Shown here: in pieces, positions 1-8,222 of the stretch
Layout of the letters: each line of letters begins with the position of its first letter
Position numbering within the stretch: position 1 is the first letter of the stretch
Assembly: GCA_050246815.1 (NCBI GenBank)
Contig: JBFWVI010000078.1
Span: forward strand, 1-10,594
DNA length: 10,594 bases
Reading direction: 5' to 3'
Origin: Bdellovibrionales bacterium
Lineage (GTDB): Bacteria > Bdellovibrionota > Bdellovibrionia > Bdellovibrionales > UBA1609
Position numbers and translations under genes: made by a program
Notes under the pieces: model-generated
Seen by the model: the letters and a program-made list of their open reading frames with translations, nothing else
What the model was told of the DNA's origin: nothing
The model's database searches: none

Positions 1-2
1 AC

Positions 3-701
3 AATTTGACGGTCTCGAGCATTTCGAAGGGGGAAACTTTCGAAGACACCCTTCGCAACGTGGCCGCTATGCAGCCCGACCTGATGGTCGTGCGCTATGG
101 GCAAGATCATGGCGCGGACCAGGTCATAGGCAAGTTGCCCTTTCCGGTTGTGAACGGGGGGATAGGAGCGTTGGAGCACCCGACTCAGGCGCTGCTGGAT
201 GCTTTCACCATTCGCGAATTTCTTGGCCAGGTCAAAGGGCAGAAAGTTTTAATTGTCGGCGATGTGCTGCACAGCCGCGTGGCCAATTCAAATTTGGTTT
301 TGCTTCGCAAGATGGGGGCCGAGTTGGCCTACTGCGCGCCGAAAGAGTTTGTGCCCAGCAATCCTGGTTGGCAGCCCATCCGCTCATTTGCGGATTTGAA
401 TGAAGGCATGGCCTGGGCCACAGTGGTGATGGGACTCCGAATCCAAAAAGAACGACATATGCCCGTGCAAGGTATCGGGCTTTCCATCGCCGAGTATCGC
501 GAAAAGTACCGTGTGGGAATGGACCAGTTGAAAAACTTCAAAGGTATTTTGTTGCATCCGGGACCTGTGATTCGCGGGATTGAGTTTTCAGATGCGGTGC
601 TGAGCGATCCTCGCTGCAAAGTTTTAGATCAAGTGACCAATGGTGTTTATGTTCGAGCCGCACTTCTTTCAATGATTTTGGGGCTTGAGGTTCACTCGTG
701 A
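3..701 (+). CDS. pyrB: Aspartate carbamoyltransferase catalytic subunit, 5'-truncated by the window edge
   Basis: Frame is open from position 3, and TTG at 6 is an internal Leu rather than the real start. ATCase motifs: SSISKGETFEDT, HPTQALLD, GDVLHSRVANS, LRIQKER, LHPGP, QVTNGVYVRAALL. The N-terminal STRT motif lies upstream of the window. TGA 699-701 overlaps the carA GTG. Confidence 0.97.
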   Translation, partial: NLTVSSISKGETFEDTLRNVAAMQPDLMVVRYGQDHGADQVIGKLPFPVVNGGIGALEHPTQALLDAFTIREFLGQVKGQKVLIVGDVLHSRVANSNLVLLRKMGAELAYCAPKEFVPSNPGWQPIRSFADLNEGMAWATVVMGLRIQKERHMPVQGIGLSIAEYREKYRVGMDQLKNFKGILLHPGPVIRGIEFSDAVLSDPRCKVLDQVTNGVYVRAALLSMILGLEVHS

Positions 702-1768
702 GCCAGCCGGGCTTTCTGGTTTTGGAATCCGGCGAAATATTTCAGGGAATTTGGCGTGGCGGCCTAGAGCATGCAGGGGAAGTGGTTTTTAATACCTCTC
801 ATGGCGGCTACGAAGAAATCGCCACGGATCCATCTTACTTCCGGCAAATCATGGTGATGACGGCACCAATGCAGGGTAATTACGGTGCTGATCGCCAAGT
901 TTGGGAGTCCCGACAAATTTGGATCGAGGGGTTCGTCTGCTTAGAGCTGCAAAATTCGGCGCGCGACAGCTCTTGGATGAAAGCCCTGGCACAGAGTGGC
1001 GTGCCAATTCTGACGGATCTCGACACGCGAGCTTTGGTTTTACGGCTACGCGACCAGGGAACGCCATGGGGAGCATTGGTGCAGGCTGACAATGAGTCGG
1101 TGGCTAAAAAGAAGGCACAAGACTTGATACGTCAAAGCAAAGACATTGATTCGGACTGGGTTTATTTGGTCAGCCGCAAAAAAGTAGAGGATTTGCCAGG
1201 AAAGAATTCCAAAGGCCCTAAGGTCGCGGTTTTGGATTTCGGTTGCAAAGAAAATACTTTGCGCGAGTTGGTGAAGCGTTGCCGTGAGGTGCGGATTTTC
1301 CCATCACGCGTCACGCCTGATGAGGTCAAGGCCTGGCAACCCGATGGCATTATGCTTTCCAATGGGCCTGGCGATCCTCAAGAAGTTCAAAAGGCGGTGG
1401 AAACCGTGCAGGCCTTACTGGGATGGCGCTTCATATTCGGGATTTGCATGGGGCATCAACTACTTGCACTGGCCTTGGGTGCCAAGACTTACAAATTGAA
1501 GTTTGGGCACCGCGGTGGCAATCATCCGATCAAGGACGACCTGCTTAACCGAATTTACATGACCAGTCAAAACCACGGCTATGCGGTGGACCGGCAGTCG
1601 TTGCCAAGTGGTGTTCGAGTCACACATACTAATTTGAACGACAATACGGTGTCGGGGATTGCAGCCCCAGATAAGCGTTGCTTCGGGGTGCAGTTTCACC
1701 CTGAAAGCCACCCCGGGCCCCACGATGCGGTTAACCTCTTCGATTATTTTGTAAGTCAGACGCTATGA
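698..1768 (+). CDS. carA: Carbamoyl-phosphate synthase small (glutaminase) subunit
   Basis: GEVVFNT...GYEEIATDPSY N-terminal domain. Class I glutamine amidotransferase motifs: LSNGPGDP, GICMGHQ (catalytic Cys), FGHRGGNHP, TSQNHGY, QFHPE (His-Glu). GTG start in a GTGA overlap with pyrB. 356 aa. Confidence 0.98.
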   Translation: MSQPGFLVLESGEIFQGIWRGGLEHAGEVVFNTSHGGYEEIATDPSYFRQIMVMTAPMQGNYGADRQVWESRQIWIEGFVCLELQNSARDSSWMKALAQSGVPILTDLDTRALVLRLRDQGTPWGALVQADNESVAKKKAQDLIRQSKDIDSDWVYLVSRKKVEDLPGKNSKGPKVAVLDFGCKENTLRELVKRCREVRIFPSRVTPDEVKAWQPDGIMLSNGPGDPQEVQKAVETVQALLGWRFIFGICMGHQLLALALGAKTYKLKFGHRGGNHPIKDDLLNRIYMTSQNHGYAVDRQSLPSGVRVTHTNLNDNTVSGIAAPDKRCFGVQFHPESHPGPHDAVNLFDYFVSQTL

Positions 1769-2421
1769 ACTACGATGTGCTGGTTGAAAAGCTGATGAAT
1801 CATTTTGCCGGCGAAAAGTACGCCGATGAAGTGGCTATGGCCAAGCGTGAATTTTTTGACCGCGCTGGTATTTTAGATGAAATGGCGCCGGACTTTGAAA
1901 TGAAGATGGCCCAGTTCGTGGACTGGTATTTGTTTTCGCGGCCGCTCAAAACCAGCGACCAATCCCCCATTCAAATGGCCTTGACCATGAACAACAGTCC
2001 TTTGAGCGGTGAAGATCGGTCGGTGTTGGAAAACATGACCAAAAGTATCCATTCGCTGTTTGAGTTCATCAAACTCAAGGGCGAAGATGTCTACGTGCGC
2101 GATGTGTTCTCGGCTGAAAAGCATGTCATCAAACAATCCGCGATCACCGTCGGCTTTAACAAAGATGAATTGTTCGAGGCCCGCCTGTTTCCGGTGCAAG
2201 ATAGCTTTCAATTTTCAAAGGCCTTTTGCTTTCATCCCCCGCAAGTGACCAAAATCATCTTGAAGGAAGTCAAAAAGGTTAAAAAGATGGACAAGGCCCA
2301 GGTGCTCTCGGCCAAAGAGGCTTTGCTCGTACGTCTGTTCAAGTTGCGCTATAAGCATGAGCAGTACAAACATTTGGACGTGCGCGAGATCTACTCGCCT
2401 GATTCGAAGCTAAAGATATAG
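1765..2421 (+). CDS. Hypothetical soluble protein (218 aa), function unknown
   Basis: ATGA overlap with the carA stop, ends 6 nt before the carB ATG, and fills the gap exactly. No transmembrane segment or signal peptide evident. Motif-like segments: FVDWYLFSRPL, SLFEF, VRDVF, EARLFP, FCFHP. Confidence 0.9.
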   Translation: MNYDVLVEKLMNHFAGEKYADEVAMAKREFFDRAGILDEMAPDFEMKMAQFVDWYLFSRPLKTSDQSPIQMALTMNNSPLSGEDRSVLENMTKSIHSLFEFIKLKGEDVYVRDVFSAEKHVIKQSAITVGFNKDELFEARLFPVQDSFQFSKAFCFHPPQVTKIILKEVKKVKKMDKAQVLSAKEALLVRLFKLRYKHEQYKHLDVREIYSPDSKLKI

Positions 2422-2427
2422 GTCGAA

Positions 2428-5400
2428 ATGCCAAGACGTTTGGATCTTAAAAAAGTGGTGATTTTGGGTAGCGGTCCAATCGTGATTGGACAAGCCTGCG
2501 AATTTGACTACTCGGGCACCCAGGCCTGTAAAGCCCTGATGCAAGAGGGGCTGGAAGTCATTTTAATTAACTCAAATCCAGCCACCATAATGACCGATCC
2601 CGAACTGGCAACGCGTGTTTACATTGAGCCGCTACAAGTCGATTTTGTGACGAAAATTCTAGAGAAAGAACGGCCTGACGGTCTGATCCCCACGCTGGGC
2701 GGCCAAACCGCTCTTAATCTGGGTTTAGCATTGGCGGATGGCGGCGTATTGGATCGATTGGGCATCAAAATGCTTGGTGCTCGCCCTGAAGTGATTCGAG
2801 CCGCCGAAGACCGTGAAAAGTTTCGCGATATTTTGGACAAAGTTGGCGCGAAGTATCCGCAGAGCGAGATGGTTCGCACTTACGAGCAAGGCATCGAAGT
2901 TTCGGATCGTTTGGGTTTCCCCCTGATTCTTCGCCCCAATTTCACATTGGGCGGCGGCGGTGGTGGGGTGGCTTACTCGCTTGAGGAGTATCAAACCAAG
3001 TTGGCTTTGGCGCTTCACGAGAGTCCAACCTCGGAAGTTTTGGTGGAAGCCAGCATATTGGGTTGGAAAGAATTCGAACTTGAGGTCATGCGCGACGCCA
3101 GTGGCACTTTTGTGGTGATCTGCTCAATTGAAAACTTAGACCCTTGCGGAGTGCACACCGGCGACAGCATCACGGTGGCTCCGCAACAGACATTATCGGA
3201 TTATGAGTACCAGGCGATGCGCGATGAGGCGCAAAAGATCATTGATTCCGTGGGGGTTGAAACCGGCGGAGCCAATATCCAGTTCGCGGTGAACCCAGAA
3301 AACGGTGAACGCGTGGTGATCGAAATGAATCCGCGTGTCTCTCGGTCTTCAGCCTTGGCCAGTAAGGCCACAGGATTTCCGATCGCCAAGATCGCGGCTC
3401 TTTTGGCCGTGGGCTATCGCCTGGATGAAATCCGTAATGATATCACAGGTGGCGCGACACCTTCGTGCTACGAGCCGGCTTTGGACTATGTTGTAACAAA
3501 AATTCCTCGTTTCGCTTTTGAAAAATTTCCTGGCACGCGCGATCTTTTAAGCACCCAAATGCGCAGCGTGGGCGAGGTCATGGGCATCGGCCGCACTTTT
3601 AAGGAATCACTTCACAAAGCGGTTTTGTCCCTCGAAGAAAATCCGCGCGGTTTCGTTGAAGTGGATTTCAACGAAAGTCTTTTAGCTTTTCCGAACAGCC
3701 GAAGGCTTTACCACTTGGTGCAGGCCTTCCGCGAAGGCTGGACGCTTGAGCAGATTCACGCCTCGACGCAAATCACGCCGTGGTTTTTGGAGCAAATCGA
3801 AGAGCTGGTCAATTTTGAACGCGAATTGAAGGGGGCTTCGTCGCCGAGTTCGGAGCAGATTTTAAAAGCCAAACGCTTGGGCTTTTCGGATTTTGCTATT
3901 GCGGTGAATTTTGATTGGCCCGAACAAAAAGTCCGCGACTTCCGTCTGCAACATAAAATTTTGCCGGGTTATTTGCAGGTTGACACTTGCGCGGGTGAAT
4001 TCGCCTCGGAAACTCCGTACTATTATTCTTCCTATTGGTCGAAACATCGAAATTTCAAGACGCATCCTAAAACTATTGTTTTGTTGGGCAGCGGCCCCAA
4101 TCGTATCGGACAGGGCGTTGAATTTGATTACAGCTGCGTGCGGAGTGTGCGCGAATTCCAGCGTCAGGGCCACCATGTGGTCATGGTCAACTCGAATCCT
4201 GAGACGGTTTCAACCGACTACGACACTTCGAATGCTTTGTTTTTTGAGCCTCTGACGGCCGAACACGTTGACGAAATTATTCGCTACACCCAGCCGATCG
4301 GCTTTGTGGCCCAATTGGGCGGCCAGACGCCAATCAACCTGGCGGCCAAGCTTCGGCGCTATGGGCATAATCTTTTGGGTTCGCCACTTGAAACAATCGA
4401 TTTGGCGGAGGACCGCGCCCGCTTTGCCCAGGTCTGTAAAGAACTTCAGTTTATGATACCGCGGGCGGGCTTTGCATCAAGCTTGGAAGAGGGTTTGGCT
4501 GTGGTCAAAGAGGTCGGTTACCCGTTGATCTGCCGCCCCAGTTATGTTTTGGGTGGCCGTCGCATGGAAATCATCGAAGACGACGATGATTTGCACTTGT
4601 ACTTCGAGCGCCATGGTTCGGTGATCAATGCGGCAAGTCCCTGCTTGATGGATCAGTTCTTGGAGCGCGCTTTGGAAGTGGATGTGGATCTGGTGCGCGG
4701 GCCGGACTGGATCGTCATCGGCGGTGTGATTGAGCATATCGAGGCCGCCGGCGTGCATTCAGGCGACAGCATGGGCGTAGTGCCGCCGCAGCGGCTGAAG
4801 GAAGAGACCTTGGCCAAGATCGAAGCTCTTAGCAAACAGCTGGCCGATCGCTTGGGAATTTTGGGTTTTATGAATTTGCAGCTGGCCGTGCAAAATGATC
4901 AGGTGTTCATGCTTGAGGCCAATCCGCGCAGTTCGCGAAGCGTGCCCTTCATTGCCAAAGCCACCGGCGTGCCACTGGTGGACCTGGGGGTTCGGGCGAT
5001 TTTGGGTCTTAAGCGCGCAGAGGTGAAGCCGGAACGATTTGACTGGCATAAAGTTGAAGAAGTCAGTGTGAAGGGTGTGGTGTTTCCCTTTAAAAAGTTC
5101 GTCGATTCGGATTCGATTTTGGGGCCCGAGATGAAGTCAACGGGCGAGTCGATGGGACGCGGTCAAAGTTATTCGGAGGCGCTGCTGAAAGCCCTGGTGT
5201 CCAGCCATGTGGCTCTGCCAAGTGATGGCGAGGTCTTTTTGTCGCTTCGGGACAAAGACAAAGAGGATCTGCTGCCCGTGGCCAAGGAGCTTTTAGCGCT
5301 TGGTTATTCTTTGTCCGCCACCGGGGGCACAGCCACGTACCTGACTGACCAGGGGTTGCCTTGTGAAACGGTCAAGAAAGTTCATGAAGGTCGCCCCAAC

Positions 5401-5619
5401 TGCGTGGATCGAGTGCGTTCGGGGCAAGTTGCCTTGGTCATCAACACCACTTCGGGCCGCACTTCGATCGAAGCCAGTTTTGGCATTCGTCGCTCTTGTG
5501 TGGACTACTCAATTCCTTGTATCACCGAAAGTGATGCCGCCCACGCGTTTGTTCTGGCTTTGAAACAGCACAAGGCCCGACAGTTTAACGTCTCCTATAT
5601 CAAGCAACCTATTGCCTAA
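2428..5619 (+). CDS. carB: Carbamoyl-phosphate synthase large subunit
   Basis: [34 protein letters not shown] and [11 protein letters not shown] in the first half. The duplicated second half has [35 protein letters not shown] and [10 protein letters not shown], followed by a C-terminal MGS-like allosteric domain (ATGGT, VINTTSG). 1063 aa. Confidence 0.99.
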   Translation: MPRRLDLKKVVILGSGPIVIGQACEFDYSGTQACKALMQEGLEVILINSNPATIMTDPELATRVYIEPLQVDFVTKILEKERPDGLIPTLGGQTALNLGLALADGGVLDRLGIKMLGARPEVIRAAEDREKFRDILDKVGAKYPQSEMVRTYEQGIEVSDRLGFPLILRPNFTLGGGGGGVAYSLEEYQTKLALALHESPTSEVLVEASILGWKEFELEVMRDASGTFVVICSIENLDPCGVHTGDSITVAPQQTLSDYEYQAMRDEAQKIIDSVGVETGGANIQFAVNPENGERVVIEMNPRVSRSSALASKATGFPIAKIAALLAVGYRLDEIRNDITGGATPSCYEPALDYVVTKIPRFAFEKFPGTRDLLSTQMRSVGEVMGIGRTFKESLHKAVLSLEENPRGFVEVDFNESLLAFPNSRRLYHLVQAFREGWTLEQIHASTQITPWFLEQIEELVNFERELKGASSPSSEQILKAKRLGFSDFAIAVNFDWPEQKVRDFRLQHKILPGYLQVDTCAGEFASETPYYYSSYWSKHRNFKTHPKTIVLLGSGPNRIGQGVEFDYSCVRSVREFQRQGHHVVMVNSNPETVSTDYDTSNALFFEPLTAEHVDEIIRYTQPIGFVAQLGGQTPINLAAKLRRYGHNLLGSPLETIDLAEDRARFAQVCKELQFMIPRAGFASSLEEGLAVVKEVGYPLICRPSYVLGGRRMEIIEDDDDLHLYFERHGSVINAASPCLMDQFLERALEVDVDLVRGPDWIVIGGVIEHIEAAGVHSGDSMGVVPPQRLKEETLAKIEALSKQLADRLGILGFMNLQLAVQNDQVFMLEANPRSSRSVPFIAKATGVPLVDLGVRAILGLKRAEVKPERFDWHKVEEVSVKGVVFPFKKFVDSDSILGPEMKSTGESMGRGQSYSEALLKALVSSHVALPSDGEVFLSLRDKDKEDLLPVAKELLALGYSLSATGGTATYLTDQGLPCETVKKVHEGRPNCVDRVRSGQVALVINTTSGRTSIEASFGIRRSCVDYSIPCITESDAAHAFVLALKQHKARQFNVSYIKQPIA

Positions 5620-5641
5620 GTTTCGGCTCCTTGAGTATCCT
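5612..5641 (+). promoter_or_regulatory. Candidate sigma70-type promoter for the pilH-pilI-pilD block
   Basis: TTGCCT (5612-5617), 18-nt spacer, TATCCT (5636-5641). It overlaps the carB stop and predicts a start near 5648, just upstream of a GGGGGG RBS-like run (5653-5658). Judged by eye only. Confidence 0.4.
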
Positions 5642-5660
5642 TGTGTTTTCACGGGGGGAT
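5637..5660 (+). promoter_or_regulatory. Predicted RNA hairpin pairing the ribosome-binding site of the ABC ATPase gene
   Basis: ATCCTTGTG-TTTT-CACGGGGGGAT: GTG/CAC closes a 4-nt loop, and TCCTT pairs with the G-run through G-C and G-U pairs. There is only a short T run after it, so it is not a typical intrinsic terminator. Confidence 0.4.
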
Positions 5661-5663
5661 TTG

Positions 5664-6542
5664 ATGCCGGTCTTGCAAGTTCAAGGGCTTAAAAAAGCCT
5701 TTCACCGTGGCTTTATTCCGCGTCGCACCCAGGTGCTCAAAGGGGTCGAGTTTAAGCTTGAGCCCGGCACGATCACTGGATTTTTGGGGGCGAATGGTGC
5801 CGGAAAAACAACCACGATGAAATGCATTCTGGGTTTGGCCCAGCCCGATGAAGGCAACATCACTTTCTTCAACGGACAGCCTCTTAATTTAACGGTAAAA
5901 AACAAAATTGGTTTTTTACCCGAGCGACCTTATTTTTATGAGTATCTAACGGGTGAGGAGTTTTTGCGTTTCTATGGGCAGTTGTCGATGCGCTTAAGCC
6001 GCGCCGATTTGAATGCACGTATCAGCGAGCTTTTGGAGCTGGTGGGTTTGACCGAAGCCCGTCATCGTCGTTTGCGGGCTTACTCCAAGGGCATGTTGCA
6101 AAAGATCGGCTTTGCTCAAGCCATCATCCATCGTCCGGAAATTGTCATCTTGGATGAGCCGGTGTCGGGGCTTGATCCGGATGGGCGCCAGGCCATTGCG
6201 GACTTGATTCAGCAGATTGCCAAGCAAGGGGCGGCTGTGTTTTTCAGCAGCCACTTGATGCATGACACAGAAAAACTATGCCAAAACCTGGTGATCTTAC
6301 GCGATGGGGTGGTGATGTATCAAGGCGGCACCCGCAAGTTTTTGCAAGACATGGGCGTTAGCTTTGAAATTGCGGCCCTGGTGCGCGGCGAACGCCAAGT
6401 CTGGAGTGGGCTGGATGCGTCCCAGGCGCAAAACCGCTTGCGCGAATTGGTGCAACAGGGTGCAACCGTTACCCAAGTCGGGGAGCAAAGAAAAAGCCTC
6501 GAAGAGGCATTTGTCGCCACAGCGCTGAGAAAGGGGCCATAA
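5664..6542 (+). CDS. pilH: ABC transporter ATP-binding protein, PilH-like (myxobacterial/Bdellovibrio sense, not the Pseudomonas response regulator)
   Basis: Walker A GANGAGKTT, signature YSKGMLQK, Walker B ILDEP, H-loop SSH, C-terminal SLEEAF. ATG 5664 follows GGGGGG by 5 nt and is preferred over the TTG at 5631 in the ORF track. The ABC ATPase call is firm; the symbol comes from position before the permease and pilD. Confidence 0.85.
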   Translation: MPVLQVQGLKKAFHRGFIPRRTQVLKGVEFKLEPGTITGFLGANGAGKTTTMKCILGLAQPDEGNITFFNGQPLNLTVKNKIGFLPERPYFYEYLTGEEFLRFYGQLSMRLSRADLNARISELLELVGLTEARHRRLRAYSKGMLQKIGFAQAIIHRPEIVILDEPVSGLDPDGRQAIADLIQQIAKQGAAVFFSSHLMHDTEKLCQNLVILRDGVVMYQGGTRKFLQDMGVSFEIAALVRGERQVWSGLDASQAQNRLRELVQQGATVTQVGEQRKSLEEAFVATALRKGP

Positions 6543-6543
6543 G

Positions 6544-7314
6544 ATGAGATCAATATGGATCATCGCCAGCAATACGTTTCGCGAGATCATCCGTGATCGA
6601 ATTCTTTATGGCATCTGTGTCGGCGCGGTTTTATTAATTGGTTTAAGTCTTGCTTTGGGTGAACTCAGCTTCGCGGAGCAAGCGCGAATCACCACCAGCT
6701 TCGGGTTGACCTCGATTCAATTGAGCGCCGTGATTTTGTCGATTTTCTTGGGCAGCAGCCTGGTGACCAAAGAGATTGAAAAAAAGACGATCATGACCTT
6801 GCTGGTGCGCCCGGTGACTCGAACCCAATTTTTACTGGGTAAAGCGTTGGGATTGCTATTTTTGCAAGTGACCGTGATGACCCTATTGGCCGGGGTTTTG
6901 TTGTTGATTTACGTCAACATCAATCTCGAGATCCAATACCAGGTTTTCGTTGCGCTTCATGGTATTTTGCTTGAGGCGATCGTGCTTTTGGGGCTGGCCT
7001 TATTCTTCAGCATCTTTGCCACACCCATGATGGTGGTGGCTTTCACCGCCGGGCTTTTCATCATCGGACACTGGTTGGACAGTTTGGCCTTCTTTTTTAG
7101 TAAAGGTGAGGTCAATATGGTCAGTAAGTTTCTGAGCAAGGTGCTGCCTCAGATCGTTCCCAATTTGGATCGCTTCAACTGGCGTTCGGCGGTTGTTTAT
7201 GGTGATGCGATTGCCTTTAATGAAGTGCTGTTGACCAGCGGCTATGCGGCGGCTTGGTTTGCCCTGCTGATCGGCGCAGCGGGCTATATTTTCCGGAGAC
7301 GCGATTTTGCTTGA
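6544..7314 (+). CDS. pilI: ABC-2-type transporter permease, PilI-like
   Basis: About six hydrophobic segments. IASNTFREIIRDRILY N-terminus, KEIEKKTIMTLLVRPVTRTQFLLGK loop and FRRRDF C-terminus are typical of ABC-2 family permeases. Starts 1 nt after the ATPase stop. Symbol from synteny. Confidence 0.82.
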   Translation: MRSIWIIASNTFREIIRDRILYGICVGAVLLIGLSLALGELSFAEQARITTSFGLTSIQLSAVILSIFLGSSLVTKEIEKKTIMTLLVRPVTRTQFLLGKALGLLFLQVTVMTLLAGVLLLIYVNINLEIQYQVFVALHGILLEAIVLLGLALFFSIFATPMMVVAFTAGLFIIGHWLDSLAFFFSKGEVNMVSKFLSKVLPQIVPNLDRFNWRSAVVYGDAIAFNEVLLTSGYAAAWFALLIGAAGYIFRRRDFA

Positions 7315-8119
7315 GGTGGATGTGGTGCCCATTTGGTTTTGGCTGTTTTCCACGGCTCTGTTCGGCTTGATGCTGGGCAGTTTTGCCAATGTGGTGATTT
7401 GGCGGCTGCCTTTGGAGCAAAGTGTGGTGCGCCCGCGCAGCCGTTGCCCCAAGTGCTCAACTTTGATCGCCTGGTACGATAATTTTCCCGTTTTCTCTTG
7501 GTTGTGGTTAAGAGGGCGTTGTCGTCACTGCAAGGCACCGATTTCGGTCCGTTACCCCTTAGTGGAATTGTTAATGAGTCTTCTGATGACGGCTGTGGTT
7601 TGGCGTTTTGGTTTATCTTGGCTGACTGTTGAGTATCTGATTTTTGTATTTGGTTTGGTGATTGTGTCGTTTATTGATTTGGATCATCTGATTTTGCCCG
7701 ATGAATTTACGCTTTCTGGCATCGTGATTGGTTTGGTCGGAGCCGTCTTGAACCCGCAGAGAGATTTTATGCCCGCTTTTTGGGGTGTGCTGATGGGCGG
7801 CGGATTTTTGTGGGCTGTGGCTTATGTGTATTTGGCGTTACGTAAACAAGAAGGCATGGGCGGCGGTGATGTGAAACTATTGGCCTGGATCGGCGCGGTT
7901 TTGGGCTGGCAATCCATTCCGTTTGTTATCCTAACGTCTAGTTTATTGGGCAGCGTGGTCGGCCTTGCCGCTGCACGAAAGTCTGGGCTTGGCATGAAAG
8001 CCAGCATTCCTTTTGGGCCTTATCTGGCGCTGGCGGCCATTTTGTACATTTTTGGCGGCTCTCGACTAGGGGCCTGGTATCTTGAGATTTTCCTGCCGGG
8101 CTTAAGTGGGGTCAACTGA
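7307..8119 (+). CDS. pilD: Prepilin peptidase / N-methyltransferase (peptidase A24)
   Basis: GSFANVVIWRLP, two CxxC pairs (RSRCPKC, GRCRHC), catalytic Asp motifs SFIDLD and GMGGGDVKL, and PFGPYL. The start is uncertain: TTG 7307 has GGAG at 7295-7298, while in-frame GTG 7322/7325 follow GAGG at 7313-7316. Confidence 0.97.
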   Translation: MLEVDVVPIWFWLFSTALFGLMLGSFANVVIWRLPLEQSVVRPRSRCPKCSTLIAWYDNFPVFSWLWLRGRCRHCKAPISVRYPLVELLMSLLMTAVVWRFGLSWLTVEYLIFVFGLVIVSFIDLDHLILPDEFTLSGIVIGLVGAVLNPQRDFMPAFWGVLMGGGFLWAVAYVYLALRKQEGMGGGDVKLLAWIGAVLGWQSIPFVILTSSLLGSVVGLAAARKSGLGMKASIPFGPYLALAAILYIFGGSRLGAWYLEIFLPGLSGVN

Positions 8120-8133
8120 GCCTCATCAACCCC

Positions 8134-8162
8134 TTGCGCATTTGCCAGACAGCACCTAATCT
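8134..8162 (+). promoter_or_regulatory. Candidate sigma70-type promoter for pilMNOP
   Basis: TTGCGC (8134-8139), 17-nt spacer, TAATCT (8157-8162), within the largest intergenic gap (8120-8222). RBS-like GGGAAGG at 8208-8214, 8 nt before the pilM GTG. Confidence 0.5.
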
Positions 8163-8169
8163 TTAAAGA
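8160..8169. repeat. Perfect 10-bp palindrome TCTTTAAAGA
   Basis: The sequence equals its own reverse complement and overlaps the predicted -10 element and start site. Existence is certain; function is unknown. Confidence 0.5.
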
Positions 8170-8222
8170 GTAAGGGTAGTTACTGCACCGAGACAATCAG
8201 CAGCGTTGGGAAGGTCAAGCCC

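Noticed and set aside
154..163. 10-mer ACGGGGGGAT present both in pyrB (154-163) and before pilH (5651-5660); G6 tracts as phase-variation sites
   Set aside because: 10-mer duplicates are expected by chance in 10 kb, G6 is short for slippage, and the pyrB frame is intact.
2950..2967. GGN x6 run (hexa-glycine) in carB as a repeat expansion or G-quadruplex
   Set aside because: It is the conserved Gly-rich loop of the CarB ATP-grasp domain (RPxFTxGGxGGG) with one substitution, and no length change is evident.
2428..5619. Internal similarity between the two halves of carB
   Set aside because: This is the well-known ancient tandem duplication of the CPS large subunit.
5631..5663. N-terminal extension MSILVFSRGDL of the ABC ATPase from TTG 5631
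   Set aside because: There is no RBS-like sequence before 5631, ATG 5664 has one, and the ABC domain begins directly after 5664.
7490..7760. Markedly T-rich, lower-GC stretch suggesting foreign DNA
   Set aside because: It is explained by Phe/Leu/Val/Ile codons in the PilD transmembrane segments, with no boundary or mobility signals.
8108..8133. Imperfect inverted repeat GGGGT..TGAG-c-CTCA..ACCCC around the pilD stop as a terminator
   Set aside because: The stem is interrupted, the inner loop is too tight, and no U-tract follows.
8120..8222. Cyclic dinucleotide (GEMM-I) riboswitch upstream of pilM, as occurs in some deltaproteobacteria; faint CCTAA...GGTAG...TTAC resemblance at 8155-8183
   Set aside because: The first stem with the GGCAAA-like motif, GNRA tetraloop and GCAAAGC junction is absent, and flanking pairing does not form. 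An Rfam cmscan would settle it.
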